DNA of 64,000 nt from Acidobacteriota bacterium (lineage in GTDB: Bacteria > Acidobacteriota > UBA6911 > RPQK01 > JAJDTT01). Position numbers and translations under genes: made by a program. The stretch is taken from assembly GCA_965209055.1 (NCBI GenBank), contig OZ242374.1:3552001-3616000 (forward strand). The letters are read 5' to 3'. The notes beneath the pieces are model-generated. The model had not been told where the DNA came from. It saw nothing but the letters and a program-made list of their open reading frames with translations, and searched no databases. This document shows positions 10,546-19,409 of this stretch, in pieces (positions within the stretch are counted from its first letter, which is position 1; the number at the start of each line of letters is the position of its first letter).

Positions 10546-11685
10546 ATGAAGATCATCGACGTCCAGACCTTCGGCGTGAACCTGGGGGACGGCAACCACG
10601 TCTTTGTCAAGATCCTCACCGACGAGCATCTGCATGGGATCGGCGAGGCTTACCGCGTCGGTCCCGACCACGCGGTGGAGGAGGCGGTCCACTACTTCAA
10701 GGACTGGATCCTGGGGCTGGATCCGACCCGGATCGAGTACATCTGGCGTCTCCTCTACAACGGATCCCGATTCCCCGGGGGCTCCATCCTGAATGCCGCC
10801 ATCAGCGGCATCGAGATCGCCTGTTGGGACCTGAAGGGCAAGGCGCTGGGGGTTCCCGTCTATGAACTGATCGGTGGCCGCTGCCGGGATCGGGTCCGGG
10901 TTTACCTGGGCGTCAGCGGGAGCACCCCCCGCGAGGTGGCCGACTCGGCCAAGCGGGCCCAGGACCTGGGGTTCACGGCCGTCAAGATGGCTCCGCACCC
11001 GCCCAACGCCGAGAAGCTGCCCTGGGACCAGGTGCTCCGGGGGACGGCGGCGAGGCTGGCGGCGGTGCGCAAGGCCGTGGGCGACGACATGGACGTGGGC
11101 CTCGATCCCCACGCCCGGATCTTCGAGCCGGTCCGCGCCCTCCAGATGGCCCAGGCGGTCGAGCCCTACCACCCCATGTTCTTCGAGGAGCCGCTCCGGC
11201 CCGAGAATATCGAGGCCATGGGGAGGCTGCACCGGAAGATCCCCGTTCCCATCGCCACCGGGGAGATGCTCTACACCAAGTACGAGTTCAGGGACGTGAT
11301 CGCGGCCGAAGCCGCCGACATACTGCAGCCGGACCTGCTGTTGTGCGGCGGGCTCATGGAGTCCAAGAAGATCGCCGCCATGGCCGAGGCCGAATATCTG
11401 ACCATCGCCCCGCACAGCCCGCTGGGTCCCGTCTCCACGGCCGTGTCGACCCACTTTGCCGCGTCCACGCCCAATTTCATCATTCTGGAGTACCGGGACG
11501 ACAGCCAGGGTCCCATGCGCAACCTGATCCTGGAGCCCATGAAACGAAATGGGGGCTACCTGGAGCTGCCTCAGGATCCGGGCCTGGGAATCGAGCTCAA
11601 CGAGAAGGCCTTCGCCGGCAATCCGCTCAAGAAATGGCATCGGCCCTTTGTCATTGAGCCCGACGGCAACATCGCCTACCAATGA
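10546..11685 (+). CDS. Mandelate racemase/muconate lactonising enzyme family, galactonate dehydratase-like
   Basis: SGIEIACWDLKGKALGVPVYELIGG, FFEEP, IATGE, APHSP. Confidence 0.88.
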   Translation: MKIIDVQTFGVNLGDGNHVFVKILTDEHLHGIGEAYRVGPDHAVEEAVHYFKDWILGLDPTRIEYIWRLLYNGSRFPGGSILNAAISGIEIACWDLKGKALGVPVYELIGGRCRDRVRVYLGVSGSTPREVADSAKRAQDLGFTAVKMAPHPPNAEKLPWDQVLRGTAARLAAVRKAVGDDMDVGLDPHARIFEPVRALQMAQAVEPYHPMFFEEPLRPENIEAMGRLHRKIPVPIATGEMLYTKYEFRDVIAAEAADILQPDLLLCGGLMESKKIAAMAEAEYLTIAPHSPLGPVSTAVSTHFAASTPNFIILEYRDDSQGPMRNLILEPMKRNGGYLELPQDPGLGIELNEKAFAGNPLKKWHRPFVIEPDGNIAYQ

Positions 11686-11771
11686 TCGAGAGTCCGGGTC
11701 CCCATTCCCATTCCGTTCGCCCCTGTCTCCGGCTGAGGCCGGAGGACATTGAACCGAGAGCGAGGTCCATC

Positions 11772-12812
11772 GTGAGCCGAATCCTCCTGATCTGCATCCT
11801 GGTCATTGGTATGTCCACCCTTCTGCCGGCCGGACCTCTGGAGCGGTACGTGGCGGTGGACGACGTCTGCGCCTGGCCCAACCTGACGCTGCTCAAGGAC
11901 GGGACGCTGACCGCCACAATCTTCAACCAGCCCCATCACGGCCTGGGACAAGGTGACGTGGAATCGTGGGTCAGCACCGACGGCGGCCGCAAGTGGGAGC
12001 TCGGGGGCGTCGTGGCCCCCCACGAGGACGGGTCGAACCGCATGAACGTGGCTGCCGGCGCGGCCCATGACGGGTCGGTGGTGGTGTTGGCCTCCGGCTG
12101 GGGAGGAGCAGGCTTCCGGGAGCGGATACTCCCGTCCCTGGTGTGCCGCTCCAGCGACGGTGGCAGGACCTGGGAGCAGAGTCCCGGCGTGACCCTTCCT
12201 GACGGCGTCCAAAACCTCATCCCCTTTGGAGACATCGTTCAGGCTCCGGGGAACGTCCTGGTGGCTCCCGGCTACTCCTGGAGACTGCCCAATATCCCGC
12301 GCGGTTCGACGGCCTACGTGCTCTTCAGCCTCGACGACGGGCGGACCTGGACGGAGAATGCCGTCATCGCCGAGGACGACTTCAACGAAACGGCCCTGAT
12401 CCGCCTCAAGAGCGGCCGCTGGCTGGCGGCGATCCGGACTCGTGGAGACGGCCACCTGGAGCTTTTCAGCTCGGACGACGAGGCCAGGAGCTGGACCCCC
12501 GGAGGAACGCTGACGCCTCCGCGCCACCACCCCGCGCATCTGGTTCAACTCTACGACGGGCGGGTGATCCTGACTTACGGGATCCGGGAGGCCAGCCGCA
12601 AGGGAGTCGGCTACCGCGTCAGCTCCGATGACGGCAGGACCTGGGGTCCTCCCGACCAACTGGTCCATCTGGAGGGAACCGGAGACGGCGGTTATCCCGC
12701 GACGGTGCAGTTGGCGGACGAGATGTTGGTGACGGCCTACTACAGTGACGGAATCGGTGAGCACCGGCGCTACCACATGGGGGTCGTCCGCTGGCTTCCG
12801 CCCGGGAAGTAG
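11772..12812 (+). CDS. Secreted BNR/Asp-box sialidase-like protein
   Basis: Five Asp boxes (STDGGRKW, SSDGGRTW, SLDDGRTW, SDDEARSW, SSDDGRTW), signal peptide; start approximate. Confidence 0.8.
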   Translation: MSRILLICILVIGMSTLLPAGPLERYVAVDDVCAWPNLTLLKDGTLTATIFNQPHHGLGQGDVESWVSTDGGRKWELGGVVAPHEDGSNRMNVAAGAAHDGSVVVLASGWGGAGFRERILPSLVCRSSDGGRTWEQSPGVTLPDGVQNLIPFGDIVQAPGNVLVAPGYSWRLPNIPRGSTAYVLFSLDDGRTWTENAVIAEDDFNETALIRLKSGRWLAAIRTRGDGHLELFSSDDEARSWTPGGTLTPPRHHPAHLVQLYDGRVILTYGIREASRKGVGYRVSSDDGRTWGPPDQLVHLEGTGDGGYPATVQLADEMLVTAYYSDGIGEHRRYHMGVVRWLPPGK

Positions 12813-12869
12813 CGCTGACGGTCCCGGATTCCAGCCCGTTCGAGCCGCTGTGTCCGCCCGGAGGGATTC

Positions 12870-13925
12870 GTGAAGTCCATCCCCAGTGTCAAGCTGAAGA
12901 GCGGTGAGACCCTATCGGTCGAGTACTTCGAGCCGGGACCCCAGGTTCCCGCCTCCCTGGCCGAGGAGATCACCCGGTTCGCGATCCAGGTGGAGACCCT
13001 CGACTCGTGGGCCTCGGTGGCCGAGTCCGAGTACCTGAAGCGGTGCCTCCAGGGGCGATTCGCCGCAACCGGATTGGACCCCCTCTTCCTGGGGCGCCTC
13101 GACGGGAGGATCGCCGGGGACGTGGGATGCCAGGTCTCCCGGGACAGCCCGGAGGTGGGGAGCCTCGGCTGGGTTTTCACCGATCCGGCCCAGCGGGGGA
13201 AGGGAATCAGCTCGCACCTGACCCGACTGGCGGTCCAGTGGTTCCAGGACCGGGGCGGAGTCTGCATGCTGCTGGGCACCGGGAATCCCATCGCCCATCA
13301 CGTCTACGAAAAATACGGGTTTCGAGATTACAGCGGACACGTGATGCGGCGCCTGAGTCCCGGCGCCGAGGAGAAGGGATTCGAACGGAGGCTGTTTGCC
13401 AGCACCGGGCCGGCCGCCGTCCGGCCCGCCGTCTGGTCAGACGTCTCGAGGGTCGCGGCCCTGTACGCCGCCCCTCATCCCTGGCTCGTCCAGGACTACC
13501 AGGAAAGCCTCATCACTCATCCCTCCCTGAAGAAGCTCCGGTATTTTTCCATCTTTCCCGCGCTCATGCTCCGGGCGGAGCGGCCTGGGGGATCGGTGCA
13601 GGTGCTGGAGACGAGCCGCAAGCGCATCGTGGGGCTGGCCGCGCTCCTTCCCGAACCTGCTCCCTTCCAGCAGCACGTGGGGCGTCTCGATTTCATGATC
13701 CGGCCCGAGTTTCTGGACCAGGGACAGGAGTTGCTGGCGGCCGTTCTGAACCAGGCCCGCCAAGGAGGCATCGGGATAGTGGAGGCTCGCTTCGCCTCCT
13801 GCGACGAGGCCAAGGTGAAGTTGGCCCGTGAATCGGGATTCCGGAGGACCGCCCGGTTCCCGGACCGGTTCCGCCTCGGCGCCGAGAGTGCCGATTTGGA
13901 TCTTTACGTCTCGACGGACGTTTGA
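12870..13925 (+). CDS. Tandem GNAT N-acetyltransferase
   Basis: VFTDPAQRGKGIS motif A, AHHVYEKYGF motif B; second degenerate GNAT domain (LARESGF). Confidence 0.8.
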   Translation: MKSIPSVKLKSGETLSVEYFEPGPQVPASLAEEITRFAIQVETLDSWASVAESEYLKRCLQGRFAATGLDPLFLGRLDGRIAGDVGCQVSRDSPEVGSLGWVFTDPAQRGKGISSHLTRLAVQWFQDRGGVCMLLGTGNPIAHHVYEKYGFRDYSGHVMRRLSPGAEEKGFERRLFASTGPAAVRPAVWSDVSRVAALYAAPHPWLVQDYQESLITHPSLKKLRYFSIFPALMLRAERPGGSVQVLETSRKRIVGLAALLPEPAPFQQHVGRLDFMIRPEFLDQGQELLAAVLNQARQGGIGIVEARFASCDEAKVKLARESGFRRTARFPDRFRLGAESADLDLYVSTDV

Positions 13926-13950
13926 AGGGTTGCCAGGGAGGAGGATTTCC

Positions 13951-16794
13951 ATGATCTGCAGGTCGCGGCGCATCGTCTGGATTCTGGCGTTCTGGCTGCT
14001 GGCGGGTGGCCTGTGTTCCGCCGCCGTTCCGGCACTGGAATCGCATCAATCACCCGCCTCCGACGCGCTGCCCCTGGACCCGGCCGTCACCAAGGGGCGC
14101 CTGGACAACGGGCTCAGCTACTTCGTCCGGGTCCACCGGCAACCGGAGAAGCGGATGGCGCTCTGGCTGGCGGTCAACGCCGGGTCCATGCAGGAGGATG
14201 ACGACCAGCAGGGTCTGGCCCACTTCCTGGAGCACATGGCCTTCAACGGGACGCGCCGGTTCCGGAAGCAGGAGATCGTGGACTACCTGGAGACCATCGG
14301 GATGCGTTTCGGTCCCGACGTCAACGCCTACACCTCGTTTGACGAGACGGTCTACATGCTGGAGGTCCCCACGGACAATCCCGAGTACATGGAGAAAGCC
14401 TTTCTGATCCTCCATGAATGGGCGCAGGGGATCGTCCTGGATCCGGAGGAGGTGGAGAAGGAACGGGGCGTGGTCCTGGAGGAGAGGCGCGCCAGTCTGG
14501 GCGCCCAGTCGCGGATCCGCGACCAGCAGTTTCCGGTCATCTTCAAGGGGTCGCGGTACGCGCAACGCCTCCCCATCGGCACCGAGGAGGTCCTGAAGGC
14601 GGCCCCGCCCGAGGATCTGAAGCGCTTTTATCGAGACTGGTACCGGCCCGACCTGATGGCAGTCATCGCGGTGGGCGACTTCGACGGAAAACAGGTGGAA
14701 AAGGCGATTCAAGAGCGTTTCGGTGACCTCAAGGGACCTGAGAACCCCCGTCGCCGGGCGCTGCACCCGGTTCCGCCCCACGCGGAGACCCTGGTCAGCA
14801 TCGTCACCGATCCGGAGGTGCCCGGCACCTCCGTCTCACTGCTCAAGAAGCTGCCCGCTCTGCCCCAGAACAGCCGGGCCGCCTACCGGCAGATGGTGAT
14901 CGAGCGCCTGTTTCACGCCATGCTCAACGCCCGTCTGGAAGAGAAACGGCGCACCGCCACCGCCCCGTTTCGCTTCTCCATGTCCCAGACCGTACGGTCC
15001 ATGGTCCGGTCCGCCGACATCCTGGTTCAGGCGGCCATGGCCAAACAAGGCCAGATCGCCGAGAGCATGGAGACGCTGCTCACCGAGGTGGATCGGGCCA
15101 CGGTCCATGGTTTTCAGCCCTCGGAGCTGGAGCGGGCCAAGAAGGAGATGCTGCGCGGCTACGAGACCGCCGCCCGGGAGAAGGACAAGGTCCGGTCGCG
15201 GCGCTACACCTCCGAGATTCTGCGGCACTTCCTGGTGGGTGAGGGAATGCCCGGGATCGATTATGAACTGGAGCTGCTCAAGGAGCTGCTTCCCGGCATC
15301 GCCGCCGCCGATCTGAACGCCGTCGCCCGGGAGTGGGGACGTCCCGGAAACCGGGTCGTCACCGTCACCGCGCTGGAAGGAACCCAGGTTCCCGACGAGG
15401 AGGCGCTTCTGGCCCTGATGGACCGCGGCAACCGGCAGACCGAGGCCTATCAGGATCAGGCCAAGGCCGGACCTCTGGTGCCGGAACCACCCGCGGCCGG
15501 CAGCATTGCCGGGGAATCCCGGATCCCGGAACTGGGGGTCACCGTCTGGAAGCTCTCCAACGGGGTTCGGGTGATCCTGAAGCCCACCGACTTCAAGAAC
15601 GACGAGATCCTGCTCTCCGGCTTCAGCCCGGGAGGCCATTCCCTGGCTTCGGACCAGGACTACCCGTCGGCCCTGTACGCCGACTCGGTGGTCGGGACGA
15701 GCGGAGCGGGAGGGTTCAGCGCGGTTGAGCTGGAAAAGACCCTGGCCGGCAAGGTGGTCCGGGTCTCCACCTCGATCTTCGAGCTGGAGGAAACGGTGCG
15801 CGGACGGGCGTCTCCCCAGGACCTGGAGACCATGCTGCAGTTGATCTACCTTCGCATGACGGCTCCCCGCCTCGACCAAGATGCCATCGCCGCGTGGAAA
15901 GCCAATGCCCTGGAATCGGTGCGCAACCGCCTGGTCATGCCCCAGGCCGTCTTCGGCGACCGGCTCCAGGAAGTGTTGAGCCAAAACCATCTCCGGCGCC
16001 GGCCGCCCACCGAGGAAAGCCTGGGCCGGATGGATCCGCAGAAGGCGCTTGAGATCTACCGGGAGCGGTTTCACGACGCCGGCGACTTCACCTTCGTCCT
16101 GGTGGGGAACCTGGACCTGGAAGCTCTCCGGGGACCGCTGCTCACCTATCTGGGCGGGTTGCCCACCAGCCGGCGCGAGGAGGTCTGGAGGGACGTTGGC
16201 GTCCAGTCCCCGAAGAAATCGGTCCGTTTCGAAGTGAACAAGGGGCTCGAGCCCAAGAGCCGGGTTCATATCCAGTATTTGGGCGAAGCCTCCTGGAGCC
16301 GCCAGAGCCGGCATGACCTCACGTCCCTGGCCCGGGTCTTGAGCATCCGCCTGCGGGAAGTGCTCCGGGAGGATATGGGAGGGACCTACGGCGTCCGGGT
16401 GCGGAGCCGAATGCGCCGCCGGCCCACCGAGTCCTACACCTTCACCATCTCCTTCGGCTGTGCTCCCGAGAACGTGGATCAGCTCGTGAAGGCCGCCCTC
16501 GGCGAGATCGAGAAGCTCCGCGAGCACGGAGTGGACGACGAGATCCTGATCAAGGTCCGGGAAGGCCAGATCCGATCCCGGGAAGTGTCCCTGAAACGCA
16601 ACGGCTTCTGGCTGAGCCGCCTGGCCGGCCACTATCGCTACGGCACCGATCCCCGCCTCATCCTGGACTACCGGCCGCTGGTCGAAAGCGTCACCTCCGA
16701 CCGCATGCGGGACACGCTGCGGAAATACCTGAACCTCGAGCGCTACGTTATGGGCGTGCTGAATCCGGAGAAGAGCGCTCCCGCTGGAGAATAG
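13951..16794 (+). CDS. M16 family zinc protease (PqqL-like)
   Basis: GLAHFLEHMAFNGT inverted zincin HxxEH; LDNGL and LSNGV domain starts; strong RBS. Confidence 0.93.
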   Translation: MICRSRRIVWILAFWLLAGGLCSAAVPALESHQSPASDALPLDPAVTKGRLDNGLSYFVRVHRQPEKRMALWLAVNAGSMQEDDDQQGLAHFLEHMAFNGTRRFRKQEIVDYLETIGMRFGPDVNAYTSFDETVYMLEVPTDNPEYMEKAFLILHEWAQGIVLDPEEVEKERGVVLEERRASLGAQSRIRDQQFPVIFKGSRYAQRLPIGTEEVLKAAPPEDLKRFYRDWYRPDLMAVIAVGDFDGKQVEKAIQERFGDLKGPENPRRRALHPVPPHAETLVSIVTDPEVPGTSVSLLKKLPALPQNSRAAYRQMVIERLFHAMLNARLEEKRRTATAPFRFSMSQTVRSMVRSADILVQAAMAKQGQIAESMETLLTEVDRATVHGFQPSELERAKKEMLRGYETAAREKDKVRSRRYTSEILRHFLVGEGMPGIDYELELLKELLPGIAAADLNAVAREWGRPGNRVVTVTALEGTQVPDEEALLALMDRGNRQTEAYQDQAKAGPLVPEPPAAGSIAGESRIPELGVTVWKLSNGVRVILKPTDFKNDEILLSGFSPGGHSLASDQDYPSALYADSVVGTSGAGGFSAVELEKTLAGKVVRVSTSIFELEETVRGRASPQDLETMLQLIYLRMTAPRLDQDAIAAWKANALESVRNRLVMPQAVFGDRLQEVLSQNHLRRRPPTEESLGRMDPQKALEIYRERFHDAGDFTFVLVGNLDLEALRGPLLTYLGGLPTSRREEVWRDVGVQSPKKSVRFEVNKGLEPKSRVHIQYLGEASWSRQSRHDLTSLARVLSIRLREVLREDMGGTYGVRVRSRMRRRPTESYTFTISFGCAPENVDQLVKAALGEIEKLREHGVDDEILIKVREGQIRSREVSLKRNGFWLSRLAGHYRYGTDPRLILDYRPLVESVTSDRMRDTLRKYLNLERYVMGVLNPEKSAPAGE

Positions 16795-16868
16795 GGAGGG
16801 GAGAGGAGTTCCTACTCTCTGCTCAATTCGGGAAAATTAGAGAAATAGCGCAATGGTTTCGCGACTGC

Positions 16869-17378
16869 CTATAATTTGCGCCCTAATCGTCTGATTCGAT
16901 TCATCACCTCGTGTCTCGGAAGAAAAACGAGGTCATCGTCGCGAAATAGCGTGAGCGCATCGTACAATCTATAAAGCGGTACAGTTCCATGGGATTCTAG
17001 TTCATCTGTCACCCACAGAACGCCGTGGACCTCGATCCCATTGTGTTTGGCGACCTCTCTAAGCAATCCGTCACCGGTAAGAAGGATGCTGTTATCGATA
17101 TCCTCCGCAAGAGCTAGGGCAAAGCAATCGGTGAGCGAGAGTCGTCTATGTCGATTGAAGTGCATCGCGGCTCGGCCGACAGTTGGCCCTGGCAGTTCGA
17201 CCACCTTGAGCCCTCCGGTACAGAGCGTATTTTTTTCCTTCGCGGTGAGGCACAACCATTCGTCCTCGAATAACGTATCTGGCATCGCAAATCTGTAGGG
17301 GAGGGTAAGAACGCCGTCCAAGAGCGCCGCCTTCCGCAGATCGATCATGCAGGATGTGTCACTCACGATGACGCGCAT
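16869..17378 (-). CDS. PIN-domain protein (DUF3368-like), predicted RNase/toxin
   Basis: VIVSDTSCMIDL, LFEDE, LSLTDCFALALA, LLTGDGLLR, VHGVLW: acidic PIN residues intact. Confidence 0.85.
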   Translation of the reverse strand: MRVIVSDTSCMIDLRKAALLDGVLTLPYRFAMPDTLFEDEWLCLTAKEKNTLCTGGLKVVELPGPTVGRAAMHFNRHRRLSLTDCFALALAEDIDNSILLTGDGLLREVAKHNGIEVHGVLWVTDELESHGTVPLYRLYDALTLFRDDDLVFLPRHEVMNRIRRLGRKL

Positions 17379-18453
17379 CAACCTCAGCAGGGCCTCTCAA
17401 TCCCAGTTCGATTTTATGTAGAGGGCGCTGAAGCAACTCACTAGCCCTGGTTGGCGAAATAAAGCCCTCCGCTAGTGCCCAGTAGCAAAGCCGTTCAAAT
17501 CGCCGCGGCGCCTCGTAACGACCTGCTTTGTCACCCGTCTCTAGCGGTTCCGGTTCATTGGATCTCCAACCTCGCGCGAAGGTTTGGAAAGCATAGCCAA
17601 GCATCGATCTATTGATCACTCCAATTTGGTGAAAGCGCACAAGCAGCGTAGCCGCGCTAATTCGATACATTCGTTTGAGTTGGATCAGCTCCTGATATCC
17701 GATTCGCTTTCGGACCTTGCCAATCTCTCTGATGAGATGAGGGCGCGGTACTAGAAAGGCACCGGCAAAAACATTCGATGCTTTTTCATGATGTACGTGC
17801 GAACTTTCATTGATCAACCGATGCGCCAACTCGTGAGCGAGTGTAAAACGCCGCCTTTCGAGCGTGTGGTTACGGTTTACGACGATCACGGGAACTCTCC
17901 TCGACCGACGTGACGTGCGCGCTAGGCAGGTCAAACCTGAAACTCGCTTTGGCAATTCTAGTACCAGAACCTTGATGCCACGGTCTTCAAGCAGCGACGT
18001 CATGTTCGGTATCGGATCGATCCCCAGTTGCCATTCATCGCGAATGTTCTCGGCGATGTGCTCGCCTTCATGCTCTCGCTTGATTAAACGATCGCCAGAG
18101 CCTGGTATTTGCCATTCTCCACTATCCAGGCCCAAGATTTCCTCGACTGCTAGATAGCGTTGCAAGCGGTCGATCACTTCGGCCTCAACCCTCGCTCTAT
18201 CGACGGCTGAAGTTCTGGAGAGCTTCCGGAACTCTACCCCCTCAATCTCTTCGACCTGTTCGCTCAGAAGATACTCAAGGGACACGCCCAGTACCTTGCA
18301 CAGACGATTCAGAACGCTGGAACTCGGCATCATCTCGGCGCGCTCGTATTTCCCGATAGCCTGGGGCGTGATGGCACCCTCCAGCGCGGTCGACAGTCCG
18401 CGGAGCGAATAGCCAGCCTTTTTTCTGGCGAGTCTCAGTCGTCTTCCAAACAT
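17359..18453 (-). CDS. XRE HTH fused to ImmA/IrrE (COG2856) Zn-metallopeptidase
   Basis: N-terminal FGRRLRLARKKAGYSLRGL...AIGKYE HTH; RRRFTLAHELAH HExxH; overlaps PIN start. Confidence 0.92.
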   Translation of the reverse strand: MFGRRLRLARKKAGYSLRGLSTALEGAITPQAIGKYERAEMMPSSSVLNRLCKVLGVSLEYLLSEQVEEIEGVEFRKLSRTSAVDRARVEAEVIDRLQRYLAVEEILGLDSGEWQIPGSGDRLIKREHEGEHIAENIRDEWQLGIDPIPNMTSLLEDRGIKVLVLELPKRVSGLTCLARTSRRSRRVPVIVVNRNHTLERRRFTLAHELAHRLINESSHVHHEKASNVFAGAFLVPRPHLIREIGKVRKRIGYQELIQLKRMYRISAATLLVRFHQIGVINRSMLGYAFQTFARGWRSNEPEPLETGDKAGRYEAPRRFERLCYWALAEGFISPTRASELLQRPLHKIELGLRGPAEVDARHRE

Positions 18454-18467
18454 GGTTGGTCCTAGGG

Positions 18468-18509
18468 TTGAGGTTTACAACTTCTAATAGTATACTCTGT
18501 TTGTAAACC
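18468..18509 (+). promoter_or_regulatory. Sigma70-like promoter overlapped by a 9-bp inverted repeat (putative XRE operator)
   Basis: TTGAGG-N17-TATACT (18468-18496); GGTTTACAA (18472-80) / TTGTAAACC (18501-09). Confidence 0.6.
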
Positions 18510-18560
18510 GATTGACCGACGTTTCTTGTGAGCGAAAATCAAAGATTGTAGGAGGTTACC

Positions 18561-18785
18561 ATGGCGAAACGTAACCAGCACGTAGTCCCGCACGGAGGTC
18601 AGTGGGCTGTCCGCGGTGCCGGTAGTCGCCGCGCCACTTCTGTACATCCGACTCAACGTGAGGCGATTTCTGTCGCCCGCAGGATTTCCCGGAATCAAGG
18701 CAGCGAACTACTCATTCATGGCAGGGATGGCCGAATCCGGGAGCGTGATTCCCACGGCAGCGACCCGTTCCCACCGACGGGGTGA
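18561..18785 (+). CDS. DUF2188 domain protein
   Basis: NQHVVPHGGQWAVRG...TQREAI...ELLIHGRDGRIRERDSHGSDPFPP is the DUF2188 pattern; AGGAGG RBS. Confidence 0.9.
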   Translation: MAKRNQHVVPHGGQWAVRGAGSRRATSVHPTQREAISVARRISRNQGSELLIHGRDGRIRERDSHGSDPFPPTG

Positions 18786-18800
18786 GGATAGGAGGAAGAT

Positions 18801-19019
18801 ATGAAGATCACGATGGAAATGCGTTTCAACGGTCGAAAAGTCACGTCATCAGGGCAGTTTGAACGGGAATTTAAGCGTAGTCTTGAGAAGCATACCCAAA
18901 GTGTTCTGAGGAAGGCCGCCGGGCCGGGCCTCCGCATGAAGAAAAACAGAAATGAGTATGTTTTCGAGGGCACCCACGAGCAAATCGAGCGCATGCGTCG
19001 CCGGTTGGGGCTGCGTTAA
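18801..19019 (+). CDS. Small basic hypothetical protein (72 aa)
   Basis: AGGAGG RBS, 15 nt after DUF2188 stop. Confidence 0.75.
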   Translation: MKITMEMRFNGRKVTSSGQFEREFKRSLEKHTQSVLRKAAGPGLRMKKNRNEYVFEGTHEQIERMRRRLGLR

Positions 19020-19080
19020 AAAGGAACATCCACGGCAGTTGTGCCGTCGGCGTTCCCTAGAGCATACACGCTTCTCGTAG

Positions 19081-19295
19081 AGGACTGGCCGCGACGATCT
19101 CGACTGCTTGGATCCTGTTGATCTATCCCCTCGTCGCTCGGAGGATGACTTCTTGCACCTAAATCTTCCCCCACGGTGCGCGTGGATTCATCTCCATCCC
19201 CGCCTCCTCTCCGTTGGGGGAAAAACTCAATCTAACCTACTCCTGAATGGGCCGGACACATCACGTCTAGGCCCCATCCCGGACAAATAGACTGT
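19081..19295 (-). mobile_element. Decayed IS end with pseudogenised transposase N-terminus (ISNCY/IS1202-like)
   Basis: GAGGAGG RBS, ATG 19197, MEMNPRAPWGKI*VQEVILRATRG*INRIQAVEIV; repeated CCGGACA(C/A)AT motifs at ~19253 and ~19279. Confidence 0.6.
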
Positions 19296-19364
19296 CCCCT
19301 TCTCGTCCGGGGGGTGAACAACCACAAGAGGGCGGCCACCAGGATGGCTCCGGCGCCACCCTTC

Positions 19365-19394
19365 TTGACCCTTGCACGACCCGCATCCTATGAT
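19365..19394 (+). promoter_or_regulatory. Sigma70-like promoter of the cytochrome/WD40-DUF1549-DUF1501 operon
   Basis: TTGACC-N18-TATGAT, 15 nt before ATG 19410. Confidence 0.45.
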
Positions 19395-19409
19395 GGCGGA
19401 ACGCGCGAA

